From contig JBCCMA010000004.1 of assembly GCA_039026595.1 (NCBI GenBank), positions 1 through 57,204 of the forward strand: DNA of 57,204 nucleotides, in the 5' to 3' direction. This DNA is from Pseudomonadota bacterium (GTDB lineage Bacteria; Pseudomonadota; Gammaproteobacteria; Steroidobacterales; JBCCMA01). The notes under the pieces were generated by a model. It was not told where the DNA came from, made no database searches, and worked only from the letters and a program-made list of their open reading frames with translations. Positions 20,031 to 29,948 of the stretch are shown here, piece by piece. Position 1 is the stretch's first letter. Every line of letters starts with the position of its first letter. Made by a program: the position numbers and the translations under genes.

Positions 20031-22448
20031 TCAGAAAATATCGCCGGTCTGGAAGTCGTCTTCCTCGTCCTGACTGCCGAACTCGAGGTCCGAGGCCGCG
20101 CGGGTGGGTACATTGTCCTGACGGAACGTCTCAAAAATGGCGTTCTCGGCACCGGCGGCGGCCAGGAGACCGCTCTCTGGTGAAATGCGCACCGTGACCA
20201 GCCCATTGGGTTCGGGTTGCGCGCGTTCCTCCACGCCGGCCAGCGCCCTGCCCATAAAGTCGATCCAACCGGGCAGTGCGGTCGCGGCGCCCGCTTCGCC
20301 GCGGCCGAGCGAACGCTCCTGATTAAAGCCCACCCAGTTCACAGCCACGAGCGACTGGTTGAAGCCGGCAAACCATGCGTCGCGCTGATCATTTGTCGTG
20401 CCGGTTTTGCCCGCCAGATCGCTGCGCCCCAGCGTTCGGGCGCGCGCGCCGGTGCCACGCGTCACCACGTCCTGCATCATATCGGTCATCAGAAATACAT
20501 TTTGCGCCGACAGCACACGGGCCGCCGCACGGCTCGGCAAGAGCGGCGCCTCCCGCTCGCAGGTCTCTGCGGTAGCTGGGGCGGTGATTTCCTCCAGCGT
20601 CACGCACTCCCGGCAAGCGGTGACCGGCTCCGCGCTGAATACGGACTGGCCTTCAGCATCCTCGATACGGTCAATAAAGTAGGGAGTGACCCCGAATCCA
20701 CCGTTCACAAACACCGTATACGCCGTTGCCAATTCCAGTGGTGTGACGGCCGCGCTGCCGAGCGCGAGAGACAGGTCACGCGGCAGTTCGTCGGTGTTAA
20801 AGCCGAAACGCCCCAGATGGTTGATGGTGAAGGCGATACCCACCTCGTTCAGCAACCGGATGGAGACGAGATTACGCGAGCGGATCAGCGCCTCGCGCAT
20901 GCGCGTCGGCCCGCGGAACACGCCGCCGTAGTTCTTTGGCCGCCACGTGTCATCCAGCGCGTCGTCCGCAAAAACAATTGGGGCGTCGTTGATCACGGTG
21001 GCAGGCGTGCGTCCGCTTTCGAGTGCAGCGGAGTAAATGAACGGCTTGAATGACGAACCAGGCTGGCGTTTCGCCTGAACGACGCGGTTAAACTTGCTTT
21101 TGAAGAAGTCATACCCGCCCATGAGCGCCGACACAGCGCCGTCCGTCGGATCGAGGGCCACCATGGCCCCCTCGACCTCCGGTGTCTGTGCCAGTTCGAT
21201 CCCGTCGTCGCCGCTGATCAGATACACAAGATCCCCTGCCGACAGCACATCGCCCACGGACTCAATCTCAGGGCCGCGCGTGTCGTCACTAATGTATCGG
21301 CGGGCCCAGGCAACCTGCTCCAGACCCAGATCGATGAAGTCACCGTCCACAGTCGCCAGTTGCGCGCGATCGGCCTCAACCACAGTCACCTGTGCCGGAA
21401 TCAGGTCACCAACACGGGGCACATTGGCCAGTGCCCCTTCGGCATCCGGGGGCTCAAGGCCAGCCGTGTTGCCGACGGCCCCTCTGTAACCATGTCGACG
21501 ATCGTAGGCGTGGAGATTGGCTCGCAGCGCAGCTTGAGCGGCGAGTTGCAGGTCGGAGTCGATCGTTGTGATCACCCGGTACCCACGGTTTATGGCGTCA
21601 CGCCCAAGGCGCCGCTCGACATCGGCACGCACCATTTCGGCCACATACGGCGCCTTGACCGCGACGTTGGCCCCGTGCAACCGCGCGACCATGGTCTCGT
21701 CTCCGGCCGCGTCGTGCTCCTCGGGTGTGATAAAGCCCAGTTCAAGCATGCGCCGCAGCACGTAGCCCCGCCGGTCCGTGGCCCGCGACGCGCTGCGCAC
21801 CGGATTGTCGCGCGACGGGCTCTGAGGTAAGCCGGCCAGCGTGGCCGTTTCCGCGAGCGTCAGGTCATTCAGTGTTTTGCCGAAGTACACTTCGGCCGCG
21901 GCGGCGACGCCGTAGGCACGCTGTCCGAGAAAAATCTTGTTCAGATAGAGCGCCAGGATCTCTTCTTTGGTCGATTCGCGCTCCATCCGCAGCGAAAGAA
22001 AAATCTCCTGAAGCTTTCGCTTGTAGGTTTTGTCCGGAATCAGGAACAGATTGCGGGCCAGCTGCATGGTGATCGTGCTGCCGCCCTGCGAACGCTCGCC
22101 GCCACTGCTGACAAGCTTGATGACCGCGCGCAAAAGGCCCTGGTAATCCACGCCCGGGTGCTCGAAAAAGCGGTCATCTTCAGCGGCAATGAACGCCTGT
22201 ACGACCTGCTCCGGAAGTTCGTCATACCCCACCGGAATGCGGCGCTTGTCGCCGAACTCGGCGATCAGTCGACCGTCACGCGTAAAAATGCGTAAGGGCA
22301 CCTGAAGTTCGACCTCGCTGAAATCGGCCGACTCGGGAAGCGTGGGCGCAAGATAGGTGTACGCCGCCAGCGCGGAAAGAACGGCAATGGACGTACCGGC
22401 CGCCGCCAGAGCGATCAGAAGCCCGACAAATTTAACTGCAAATCTCAT
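20031..22448 (-). CDS. mrcA: Penicillin-binding protein 1A
   Basis: AAEDDRFFEH, GGSTITMQL, QPGSSFKP (SxxK), SRN, GKTGT. Confidence 0.96.
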   Translation of the reverse strand: MRFAVKFVGLLIALAAAGTSIAVLSALAAYTYLAPTLPESADFSEVELQVPLRIFTRDGRLIAEFGDKRRIPVGYDELPEQVVQAFIAAEDDRFFEHPGVDYQGLLRAVIKLVSSGGERSQGGSTITMQLARNLFLIPDKTYKRKLQEIFLSLRMERESTKEEILALYLNKIFLGQRAYGVAAAAEVYFGKTLNDLTLAETATLAGLPQSPSRDNPVRSASRATDRRGYVLRRMLELGFITPEEHDAAGDETMVARLHGANVAVKAPYVAEMVRADVERRLGRDAINRGYRVITTIDSDLQLAAQAALRANLHAYDRRHGYRGAVGNTAGLEPPDAEGALANVPRVGDLIPAQVTVVEADRAQLATVDGDFIDLGLEQVAWARRYISDDTRGPEIESVGDVLSAGDLVYLISGDDGIELAQTPEVEGAMVALDPTDGAVSALMGGYDFFKSKFNRVVQAKRQPGSSFKPFIYSAALESGRTPATVINDAPIVFADDALDDTWRPKNYGGVFRGPTRMREALIRSRNLVSIRLLNEVGIAFTINHLGRFGFNTDELPRDLSLALGSAAVTPLELATAYTVFVNGGFGVTPYFIDRIEDAEGQSVFSAEPVTACRECVTLEEITAPATAETCEREAPLLPSRAAARVLSAQNVFLMTDMMQDVVTRGTGARARTLGRSDLAGKTGTTNDQRDAWFAGFNQSLVAVNWVGFNQERSLGRGEAGAATALPGWIDFMGRALAGVEERAQPEPNGLVTVRISPESGLLAAAGAENAIFETFRQDNVPTRAASDLEFGSQDEEDDFQTGDIF

Positions 22449-22531
22449 TGGGTGTGCTGGGATGGCCTGCGTAGTGGCTGTGATCGCGGCCCGTGGTCGG
22501 CCGCGCCTCAAATTCTACATGACTCCGGGAT

Positions 22532-22547
22532 TGTGAAAAAAATCACA
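22532..22547. promoter_or_regulatory. CRP/Vfr/Clp-type site in the mrcA-pilM intergenic region
   Basis: Perfect TGTGA-AAAAAA-TCACA. Confidence 0.65.
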
Positions 22548-22662
22548 CCTACAGGGATTTACGGGAGTGATAATGGAATAGAGCGCGTCAACTCTTATGT
22601 CATGCAATGGGAAAACCGGGGCATCGTGGCCCGGTTCAGTCGAGTCAAGGACTGTCCGTCGA

Positions 22663-22708
22663 TGAGCGGCGGATCACATTACATTTCAAAAATTTATTGT
22701 TATATAGT
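22663..22708 (+). promoter_or_regulatory. Second CRP/Vfr-like site plus -10 element of the putative pilM promoter
   Basis: TGAGC-N6-TCACA at 22663-22678; TATAGT at 22703-22708. Confidence 0.5.
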
Positions 22709-22775
22709 GGCCGACCGGGGTCTTGAAATTTGACCACCTTGTCTCCGCAAGTCACGGACTGAAAAAGGAAAAAAT

Positions 22776-23837
22776 GTGATTTTTTCCCCGTCGCAAAAGG
22801 CTCTTTTGGGGCTTGACATAACCACGTCATCGGTAAAGCTGATCGAACTGTCGAAAAGCGGCAACACTTTTCGCGTCGAATCGTTCGCGGCCGAACCCAC
22901 TCCGCTGAATGCGATCAATGAAAAAGCGATCGTCGATGTCGAGGCCGTCGGCGAAGCCGTGCGCCGCGCCGTAAAGCGAGCCGGCGCCAAATCCCGCGAT
23001 GCTGCGGTGGCCATCAGCGGCGATGCCGCCATCACCAAGGTCATCCAGATGCCAATCGCGCTGAAAGAGGCGGAGCTGGAAGGCCAGGTGGAGCTGCAGG
23101 CCGATCAGTACATTCCGTTTCCCATGGAAGAGGTCAGTTTTGATTTCGAGGTCATCGGCGCCGCCGAAAAAGACCCCGAAATGCTCGATGTCCTCCTGGT
23201 CGCCACCCGCAGCGAGAACGTGGAACAGCGTCAGGCCGCAGTGGAAGCCGGCGGTGTCAGCGTCAGGGTGGTCGACGTCGAGCCGTTCGCGCTTGAAAAC
23301 GCGTGCATGCTGATGCGACACCAGATGCCCGACGAAGGCATGGGACACGCCGTCGCGGTGGTGGATTTTGGTGCCAGCAGCACGACCTTCAGCGTGCTGC
23401 GGGACTTGAAGGTGATTTATACCCGCGATTTCGCATTCGGCGGCCAGCAACTCACCGAGGAAATCATGCGCACCTACGGTTTGAGCCTCGAAGAAGCCGG
23501 TCGCGCCAAAAAAGAGGGTGGCCTGCCCAGCAATTACCAGCCGGAAGTGCTCGACGCGTTTATTGACGACATGACCCAGCAGGTCAGTCGATCGCTGCAG
23601 TTTTTCCTTGCCTCCGGCGGCGGCCGCGAGCAGCCCGAGCAGATCATCGTCTGCGGCGGCTGCGCCAACGTACCCGGCGTGGCCGACGTCATCGCATCAC
23701 GCGTCGGCATACCGACGGTCACCGGCGATCCGCTGGGTCGCATGAAGATCTCATCCAAGGCCAAGGCGCAGGGCGTGCAGAAAGACGCCACAGCGCTCCT
23801 GACCGCATGCGGACTCGCCCTACGGAGTTTTGACTGA
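22776..23837 (+). CDS. pilM: Type IV pilus assembly protein PilM
   Basis: LGLDI...SVKLIEL, VVDFGA, FGGQQLTEEI, ACGLALRSFD. Confidence 0.96.
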   Translation: MIFSPSQKALLGLDITTSSVKLIELSKSGNTFRVESFAAEPTPLNAINEKAIVDVEAVGEAVRRAVKRAGAKSRDAAVAISGDAAITKVIQMPIALKEAELEGQVELQADQYIPFPMEEVSFDFEVIGAAEKDPEMLDVLLVATRSENVEQRQAAVEAGGVSVRVVDVEPFALENACMLMRHQMPDEGMGHAVAVVDFGASSTTFSVLRDLKVIYTRDFAFGGQQLTEEIMRTYGLSLEEAGRAKKEGGLPSNYQPEVLDAFIDDMTQQVSRSLQFFLASGGGREQPEQIIVCGGCANVPGVADVIASRVGIPTVTGDPLGRMKISSKAKAQGVQKDATALLTACGLALRSFD

Positions 23838-24415
23838 TGCCACGCATTAATTTGCTCCCATGGCGCGACGAACTGCGAAAACAGCGCCAACAGAGCTTCT
23901 TTCTGGCGCTGGGCGGTGCTGTGCTGCTCGCGGGCGTCATCGTGTTTGGCACCTCGGCGGTCTTCAAATCACAGGTTCGCCATCAGGACGCACGCAACAC
24001 TTATCTTGAGAACGAGATCAAGAAGCTCGATCGCCAGATTACGGAGATCAGCGAGCTTGAAGCGGTCAAGGAGCGTCTGCTCGCCCGCATGGAAGTGATC
24101 GAAACCCTGCAGCGCTCGCGACCTGAAGTCGTGCACCTGTTCGATGAACTGGTCGCGACGGTCCCCGAGGGCGTCCACCTCGAGTCGGTGAAGCAAAGCG
24201 GGTCGCGGGTGACCATTACCGGTATCGCGCAGTCGAGCACACGCGTCTCCACATTCATGCGCAACATCGATGCGTCAGAGTGGCTGACCAATCCGGGGCT
24301 CGACGTCGTGCAAACCTCTAACAGCGACGGCGGCTCCGACCGCTCGGCGCGCTTCACCATCTTCGCGACGCAGACCAGTCCGCGCAGCGCAGAAGATGAG
24401 GAGGCGGACGGATGA
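23837..24415 (+). CDS. pilN: Type IV pilus assembly protein PilN
   Basis: RINLLPWR motif followed by a TM helix. Confidence 0.95.
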   Translation: MPRINLLPWRDELRKQRQQSFFLALGGAVLLAGVIVFGTSAVFKSQVRHQDARNTYLENEIKKLDRQITEISELEAVKERLLARMEVIETLQRSRPEVVHLFDELVATVPEGVHLESVKQSGSRVTITGIAQSSTRVSTFMRNIDASEWLTNPGLDVVQTSNSDGGSDRSARFTIFATQTSPRSAEDEEADG

Positions 24416-25014
24416 ATTTCCTCGAAGAACTTCAGGGTCTCGATTTCAATGACATCGGTCGCTGGCCGCCGCTGTTCCGCGCACTGGCCATCGGTCTGGC
24501 GTTCGCAGCGGTCTTGGGGCTGGGCTACTGGAAATTTGTCCACACCACCGTCCTGGTCAACCTGGACCGGGTGAAAGAAAAGGAAGTCGAGCTGAAAGAG
24601 ACGTTCGACGACAAGCAGGGCAAAGCGGCCAATCTGGACGCCTACAAGGACCAGCTTGACCAGATGAACACCAATTTTGGCGCCATGCTGCGACAGCTCC
24701 CGGGCCAGACCGAGATCGACAGTCTGCTGACCGATATCTCGCAGACCGGCGTGGCGAGCGGCCTGGAAGAAGAGCTGTTCCAGCCAATCGAAGAGCAAAA
24801 TCGCGAGTTTTACGCCGAGAAGCCCATTTCGATCCGTCTGCGCGGTTCGTACCACGAACTCGGCAAGTTTGTCAGCGGCATCGCCGCGCTGCCGCGGATC
24901 GTGACTCTCCACGACATTGACATCGAACCGATCTCCAAAGAGTCCGGCTCAGAACTCATGCTCAATGTCACCGCCAAGACCTATCGCTACCTCGACGAGG
25001 AAGACGAAGAATGA
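24412..25014 (+). CDS. pilO: Type IV pilus assembly protein PilO
   Basis: GRWP, LRQLP..TEI..LL.DI, EFYAEKPI, LPRIVTLHD, AKTYRY. Confidence 0.95.
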   Translation: MNFLEELQGLDFNDIGRWPPLFRALAIGLAFAAVLGLGYWKFVHTTVLVNLDRVKEKEVELKETFDDKQGKAANLDAYKDQLDQMNTNFGAMLRQLPGQTEIDSLLTDISQTGVASGLEEELFQPIEEQNREFYAEKPISIRLRGSYHELGKFVSGIAALPRIVTLHDIDIEPISKESGSELMLNVTAKTYRYLDEEDEE

Positions 25015-25556
25015 TGACCGCCAAACACCGGCCATCGCGCGGCACGCCGCGCGCGCTCGTCCTCGCCCTGTCCATCGCGGTTTTGTCCGGACTGGGCGGG
25101 TGCACCAGTGACATGAGCGACCTGGAGCAATGGGTCGCAAAGACCAAATCTCGTCCGGGTGGTCGTATTGATGAGCTGCCCACCGTGGAGCCGTACGCGT
25201 CATACACGTATGAATCGGCCGGGGAACGGTCGCCGTTTGTGCGCACGCGCCGACAAGAGGCCGTGCCGCAGGGCAACGGCTTGACGCCCAACCGCAATCG
25301 CGCGCGCGAGTTCCTCGAAGGGTTCCCGCTGGACTCACTGCGGATGGTCGGATCGCTCACGAACAACGGCCAGAACTATGCGCTCGTGCAGGCGAGCGAC
25401 GGCCTGATCCACCGCGTGCAGCCCGGCAACTACATCGGACAGAACGATGGCCAGATCACGGCGATCACCGAATCCGAAATCATTCTTAACGAAATCGTGC
25501 CCGACGGCCTTGGCGGTTACATCGAACGCCGCGGCGCCCTCGCGCTCAACGACTGA
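25011..25556 (+). CDS. pilP: Type IV pilus lipoprotein PilP
   Basis: Lipobox LGGC, RSPF, EFLEGFPLDSLRMVG, GNYIGQNDG. Confidence 0.94.
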   Translation: MMTAKHRPSRGTPRALVLALSIAVLSGLGGCTSDMSDLEQWVAKTKSRPGGRIDELPTVEPYASYTYESAGERSPFVRTRRQEAVPQGNGLTPNRNRAREFLEGFPLDSLRMVGSLTNNGQNYALVQASDGLIHRVQPGNYIGQNDGQITAITESEIILNEIVPDGLGGYIERRGALALND

Positions 25557-25578
25557 CGCCCCCCTGGAGTATTGACCC

Positions 25579-27846
25579 ATGACGCTCAACCCATCGTCAT
25601 CCGCCCGCATGCCCGCGGCAACACGCCGCCTGCACTCCGGAATGTGGCGCACTGTTCTTGCCTTTTTCGCACTGACGGCCTCCGCGCAGGCGGTCGCGCA
25701 GAGCAATCAGCTGCTCGACATCGAGACCCGCGCCCTGCCCGGTCAGCAGGTTGAACTGCGGCTGCGGACCAGTGGTCCCGCACCCGAGCCTCTGACGTTC
25801 ACCATCGACGATCCCGCGCGCATCAGCCTGGACTTGCAAGACACGTCGCTGGCGCTTAGCACGCGGCGTCAGGACGTGGGTATCGGCGCGCTGACCACCG
25901 TGCTCGCCGCGCAGGCCAATGAGCGCACGCGAATTGTGCTGAATCTCGACCAGATGGTCCCCTACACCACCAGTGTTCAGGGCGACACGATCGTGGTGAC
26001 ACTGGGCTCCACCGCCGCCGGTGGCCAGGCCGTCGTCAGCGAGAGTACAACTCAGCCCTTCGGTGAGCCGAGCGGTGCGCCGAGCGGCCGCACGGTCACA
26101 AGCGCCGCGTTCAAGGCGATCGATAACGTCGATTTCCGCCGGTCCACAGAAGGCGCTGGCCGCGTCGTGGTCACACTGACCGATCCGAAAACGGTCGTTG
26201 ATCTGCGTGAAGAAGGCGGTCGGGTCATCGTGGACTTCAAGGACACGGCACTCCCGGCAGGACTGCAGCGTCGCTACGACGTACTCGATTTCGCAACGCC
26301 GGTGGCGTCCGTGGACGCGCGTCAGGTCAACGGTGACGCGCGCGTGGTGATCACATCGCACAAAGCCTACGAGCAGGTCGCCTATCAGTCCGACAATCTG
26401 TTCACGATCGAACTTCAGGAGTACGTGCAGACGGCCGAGGATCGATTCGAGGACGAGCAAAACAAGGTGTATGTGGGTGAGCGTCTGACGCTCAACTTCC
26501 AGGACATCGAGACGCGCGCGGTGTTGCAGCTTCTGGCCGATGTGAGCCAGCAGAACATCGTCGTCAGCGACACCGTGCAGGGCAACGTAACCCTGCGCTT
26601 GCAGAATGTTCCGTGGGATCAGGCGCTGGACATCGTGCTGCAGACCAAGGGTCTGGATATGCGCCAGAACGACAACGTGATCATCGTCGCACCCGCTGAA
26701 GAGATCGCGGCGCGCGAACGCCAGCGTCTTGAAGAGCTGCGCGATATCAAAGAGCTTTCACCGCTTCGCCTTGAATACATTCAGGTGAATTACGCGAAGG
26801 CCACAACGCTGGCTGCGCTGATCCAGGGCATTCCGGTCGGGCTTCAGCAAGGCGGCGCGGGTGGCGGCGCTGGCGCGGGCATTGCCCCGGGACAGCAGAT
26901 TCGCTCGCTGCTCTCGGACCGCGGCACCATCACGGTCGACGAGCGCACCAACACGCTGATGGTCAACGACACCACCGACAAGCTGAACGAGATCCGTCGC
27001 CTCGTACAACGCCTCGACATTCCGGTGCGTCAGGTTCTGATCGAATCCCGTGTCGTGGTTGTGAACGACGACTTCCGTCGCGCCCTCGGGGTACGCGCCG
27101 GCTACACCAACGTATCGCAGAACAGCTCGGACGGGCTGATCACCGTCACGGGGAGCGCCGATGGCGCGGATACCACCATCGGATCGGCGTTGACGAATCT
27201 CAATACGAACGGTCAGGTCTTCCCCGTGGAGGCGCCGACGCTGGGCGACCGGCTGAGCGTGAACCTGCCGGTGGCCAACCCGGCCGGCCGATTCGCACTC
27301 GGTATTCTCGACTCCGACTTCCTCGTCGACCTGGAGCTGTCCGCCGTACAGGCTGAGGGCCGCGGCGAGATCATCTCGACGCCGCGTGTGATTGCCACCA
27401 ACCAGATCGAATCGCGCATCCTGCAGGGTGTGGAAATCCCGTTCCAGGAAGCGGCCGCCAGCGGCGCCACCGCCACCCAGTTCAAAGACGCAGTGCTTGA
27501 GCTGAAGGTAACGCCGTTGATCACTCCGGACGATCGCATCGTGATGGACCTGCTCGTCACCCAGGACACCGTCGGTGAAAACGTGCCGAGCGCAACCGGC
27601 GGATTTGTGCCGAGCATCGACACGCGTGAGGTGCAGACTCAGGTCATCGTAAACAACGGCGAGACAGTGGTTCTCGGCGGCATCTACGAGACAGAGAATC
27701 GGGAAGTGAACAGCAAAGTCCCGGTTCTGGGTGACCTGCCCGGCGTCGGAGCGCTGTTCCGTACGACCAATCGCATCTCGAACAAATCCGAACTGCTTAT
27801 TTTTGTTACCCCGCGCATCCTGAACGATAGCGCCAACCTGAACTGA
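25579..27846 (+). CDS. pilQ: Type IV pilus secretin PilQ
   Basis: Two AMIN-like domains, LTLNFQDI, VPWDQALD, KVPVLGDLP..G.LF, ELLIFVTPRI. Confidence 0.97.
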   Translation: MTLNPSSSARMPAATRRLHSGMWRTVLAFFALTASAQAVAQSNQLLDIETRALPGQQVELRLRTSGPAPEPLTFTIDDPARISLDLQDTSLALSTRRQDVGIGALTTVLAAQANERTRIVLNLDQMVPYTTSVQGDTIVVTLGSTAAGGQAVVSESTTQPFGEPSGAPSGRTVTSAAFKAIDNVDFRRSTEGAGRVVVTLTDPKTVVDLREEGGRVIVDFKDTALPAGLQRRYDVLDFATPVASVDARQVNGDARVVITSHKAYEQVAYQSDNLFTIELQEYVQTAEDRFEDEQNKVYVGERLTLNFQDIETRAVLQLLADVSQQNIVVSDTVQGNVTLRLQNVPWDQALDIVLQTKGLDMRQNDNVIIVAPAEEIAARERQRLEELRDIKELSPLRLEYIQVNYAKATTLAALIQGIPVGLQQGGAGGGAGAGIAPGQQIRSLLSDRGTITVDERTNTLMVNDTTDKLNEIRRLVQRLDIPVRQVLIESRVVVVNDDFRRALGVRAGYTNVSQNSSDGLITVTGSADGADTTIGSALTNLNTNGQVFPVEAPTLGDRLSVNLPVANPAGRFALGILDSDFLVDLELSAVQAEGRGEIISTPRVIATNQIESRILQGVEIPFQEAAASGATATQFKDAVLELKVTPLITPDDRIVMDLLVTQDTVGENVPSATGGFVPSIDTREVQTQVIVNNGETVVLGGIYETENREVNSKVPVLGDLPGVGALFRTTNRISNKSELLIFVTPRILNDSANLN

Positions 27847-27873
27847 TCGGCGCAGGGATCAAGAGGACCAACC

Positions 27874-29829
27874 ATGCGGAAACTCAACACGTTTTTGGCG
27901 CTGGCCGCGCTGACACTGCTCGCCGGGTGCGGCAACGAAAGCACGATCGTCTCCGACATGCCGACGGGCGACGGCACGACGGATCCAATGACGCCGCCGC
28001 TCCCCGAGGTCGCCAGTATTCAGGTACTGACCAGCAGCCCGCAGATTCCGTCGGACGGCAGCATGCCGGCCACGATCACGGCGCTGCTGCGCGATGCCGG
28101 CAACAACTTCATCGCCGGTCAATCCGTGTCGTTCTCGACCACCTCTGGCGGCCTCAGCATTCCGGTCGATCCGGACGGGGCGACAAGCACCACAACGGAC
28201 GGAGACGGCCGCACAAGCGCCACACTCTCCACCGCGGGTGACCCGACCAACCGCATCATCGCCATCACCGCGACGAGCGGCGACCTGTCCAGCACGGTTC
28301 AGGTTCAGGTGACCGGTACACAGCTCACCATCAGTGGACCAGATAACCTGGTCCAGGGTGCGCAGGCTGACTACACGATCGTTCTCGCCGACGCCGGCGG
28401 CAACGGCATCGCAAACCAGACCATTAACCTCTCCTCCAGCCTCGCCAACGTCCTCGCGGCGACGACGCTGACCACGGACTTCAGCGGGCAGGCGCAGGTG
28501 CGTTACACCGCGATCAACGGCGGCACGGACTCCTTTGAAGCCTCGGCACTCGGTGAGACGATTGCCAGCACCATTCAGGTCTCCGCCGACACGTTCAACT
28601 TCAGCGCGCCGGCTGAAGGCGCAGAAATCAATCTCGGCGCCATCGCCAATGTGTCCGTGACGTGGGTCCAGAACAACGCGCCGGTCGTCGGGCAGACGGT
28701 GGTGTTCTCCACCACGCGCGGCTCGGTGTCACCGGCCTCGGTTGTAACCGACGCGAACGGCGTCGCATCGACCACGGTCACCGCGCAGAATTCCGGCCCT
28801 GGCGTTATTACGGCCACCGCACTGAACGGCCCGGTGGCCTCGCGCGCCATCGAGTTTCTGGCGGTGACGCCGGATTCCATCGAAGTTCAGGCCGACCCCT
28901 TCACCGTCGCGCCCAACAGCCAGAGCACGATCACCGCCGTGTTGCGGGATCCGGCCGGCAACCTCGTCAAGAACAAACGCGTGACGTTCAGTCTTGAGGA
29001 CATCACCGGGGGCACGCTGTCGGTCAGTTCCGCAGTCACCGACAGCCAGGGCCGTGCACAGACGTTTTATACATCAAGCGCCACGACCAGCGCCGCCGAC
29101 GGTGTGATCGTTACCGCCGTCGTTGACGAAAACACGTCCATCCGGGACTCGGTCAACCTGACCGTGGCCGGCCGCGAAGTGTTCTTCGTATTTGGTACGG
29201 GTAACACGATTTCCGAACCGAACGACGCCCAATACCTTCGCAACTACGCTGTGCAAGTGACCGACGCCGACGGCCGCCCGGTGCAGAACGTCGAGGTGGC
29301 GATGAGTGTGGTCTCGGTGCGCTACGTCAAGGGGTTCTACTGGCCCAACACAACCGACGACGTGTGGTCGTCGTTCAGCCGCGTGCGCTGCGACGATGAG
29401 GACATCAACCGCAACGGCATCCTGGATCCGGGCGAAGACTTCAACAACACCGGGCAGATCGAGGCCGGCAACGTGGCAACCATCAGCCCGGGCACGTTTA
29501 CCACCGATGAACTGGGTGAGGGTCAAGTGGTTATTCGCTACCCGCAGCAGTTCGGTGGCTGGCTGGAGGTTGAACTGCAGGCGCGCGCCTCGGTGCAGGG
29601 CACGGAATTCAGCGAACGGGCCTCGTTTATCCTCGGCGTCCTTGCCGACGACGTGAACGACCTCGAACAGGCACCGCCCGGTGTCCGGCTTTTCGTCAAC
29701 GACTTCAATTCCAGCGACGTGCCGGGTGATGTGACGACAGCGATCGGCGTTCAGGGCTCGACCGTCGAGTTCTTCAGCAGCCCGTTCGGTTACAACAACA
29801 ACTGCTCGGTCTGGGAATTCTCCGACTAA
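27874..29829 (+). CDS. Lipoprotein with about five bacterial Ig-like (Big_1/invasin-type) repeats
   Basis: Lipobox LLAGC; repeated 'L.D..GN....V.F....TD..G.A' units; Thr/Ser/Ala-rich; DEDINRNGILDPGED acidic motif; SD AGAGGA. Confidence 0.85.
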   Translation: MRKLNTFLALAALTLLAGCGNESTIVSDMPTGDGTTDPMTPPLPEVASIQVLTSSPQIPSDGSMPATITALLRDAGNNFIAGQSVSFSTTSGGLSIPVDPDGATSTTTDGDGRTSATLSTAGDPTNRIIAITATSGDLSSTVQVQVTGTQLTISGPDNLVQGAQADYTIVLADAGGNGIANQTINLSSSLANVLAATTLTTDFSGQAQVRYTAINGGTDSFEASALGETIASTIQVSADTFNFSAPAEGAEINLGAIANVSVTWVQNNAPVVGQTVVFSTTRGSVSPASVVTDANGVASTTVTAQNSGPGVITATALNGPVASRAIEFLAVTPDSIEVQADPFTVAPNSQSTITAVLRDPAGNLVKNKRVTFSLEDITGGTLSVSSAVTDSQGRAQTFYTSSATTSAADGVIVTAVVDENTSIRDSVNLTVAGREVFFVFGTGNTISEPNDAQYLRNYAVQVTDADGRPVQNVEVAMSVVSVRYVKGFYWPNTTDDVWSSFSRVRCDDEDINRNGILDPGEDFNNTGQIEAGNVATISPGTFTTDELGEGQVVIRYPQQFGGWLEVELQARASVQGTEFSERASFILGVLADDVNDLEQAPPGVRLFVNDFNSSDVPGDVTTAIGVQGSTVEFFSSPFGYNNNCSVWEFSD

Positions 29830-29887
29830 CGCACGATTTGCACGGCCGGAACCGGGACCAGCGACCGGCTCGGACCGAAGATCAGAC

Positions 29888-29919
29888 AACGGGCCCCTCG
29901 GGGCCCGTTTTCTTTTTTT
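29888..29919 (+). terminator. Intrinsic terminator after the Ig-lipoprotein gene
   Basis: AACGGGCCC-CTCG-GGGCCCGTT followed by TTCTTTTTTT. Confidence 0.9.
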
Positions 29920-29948
29920 GACCACAGGCAACCCGTACACTTCGGTCG

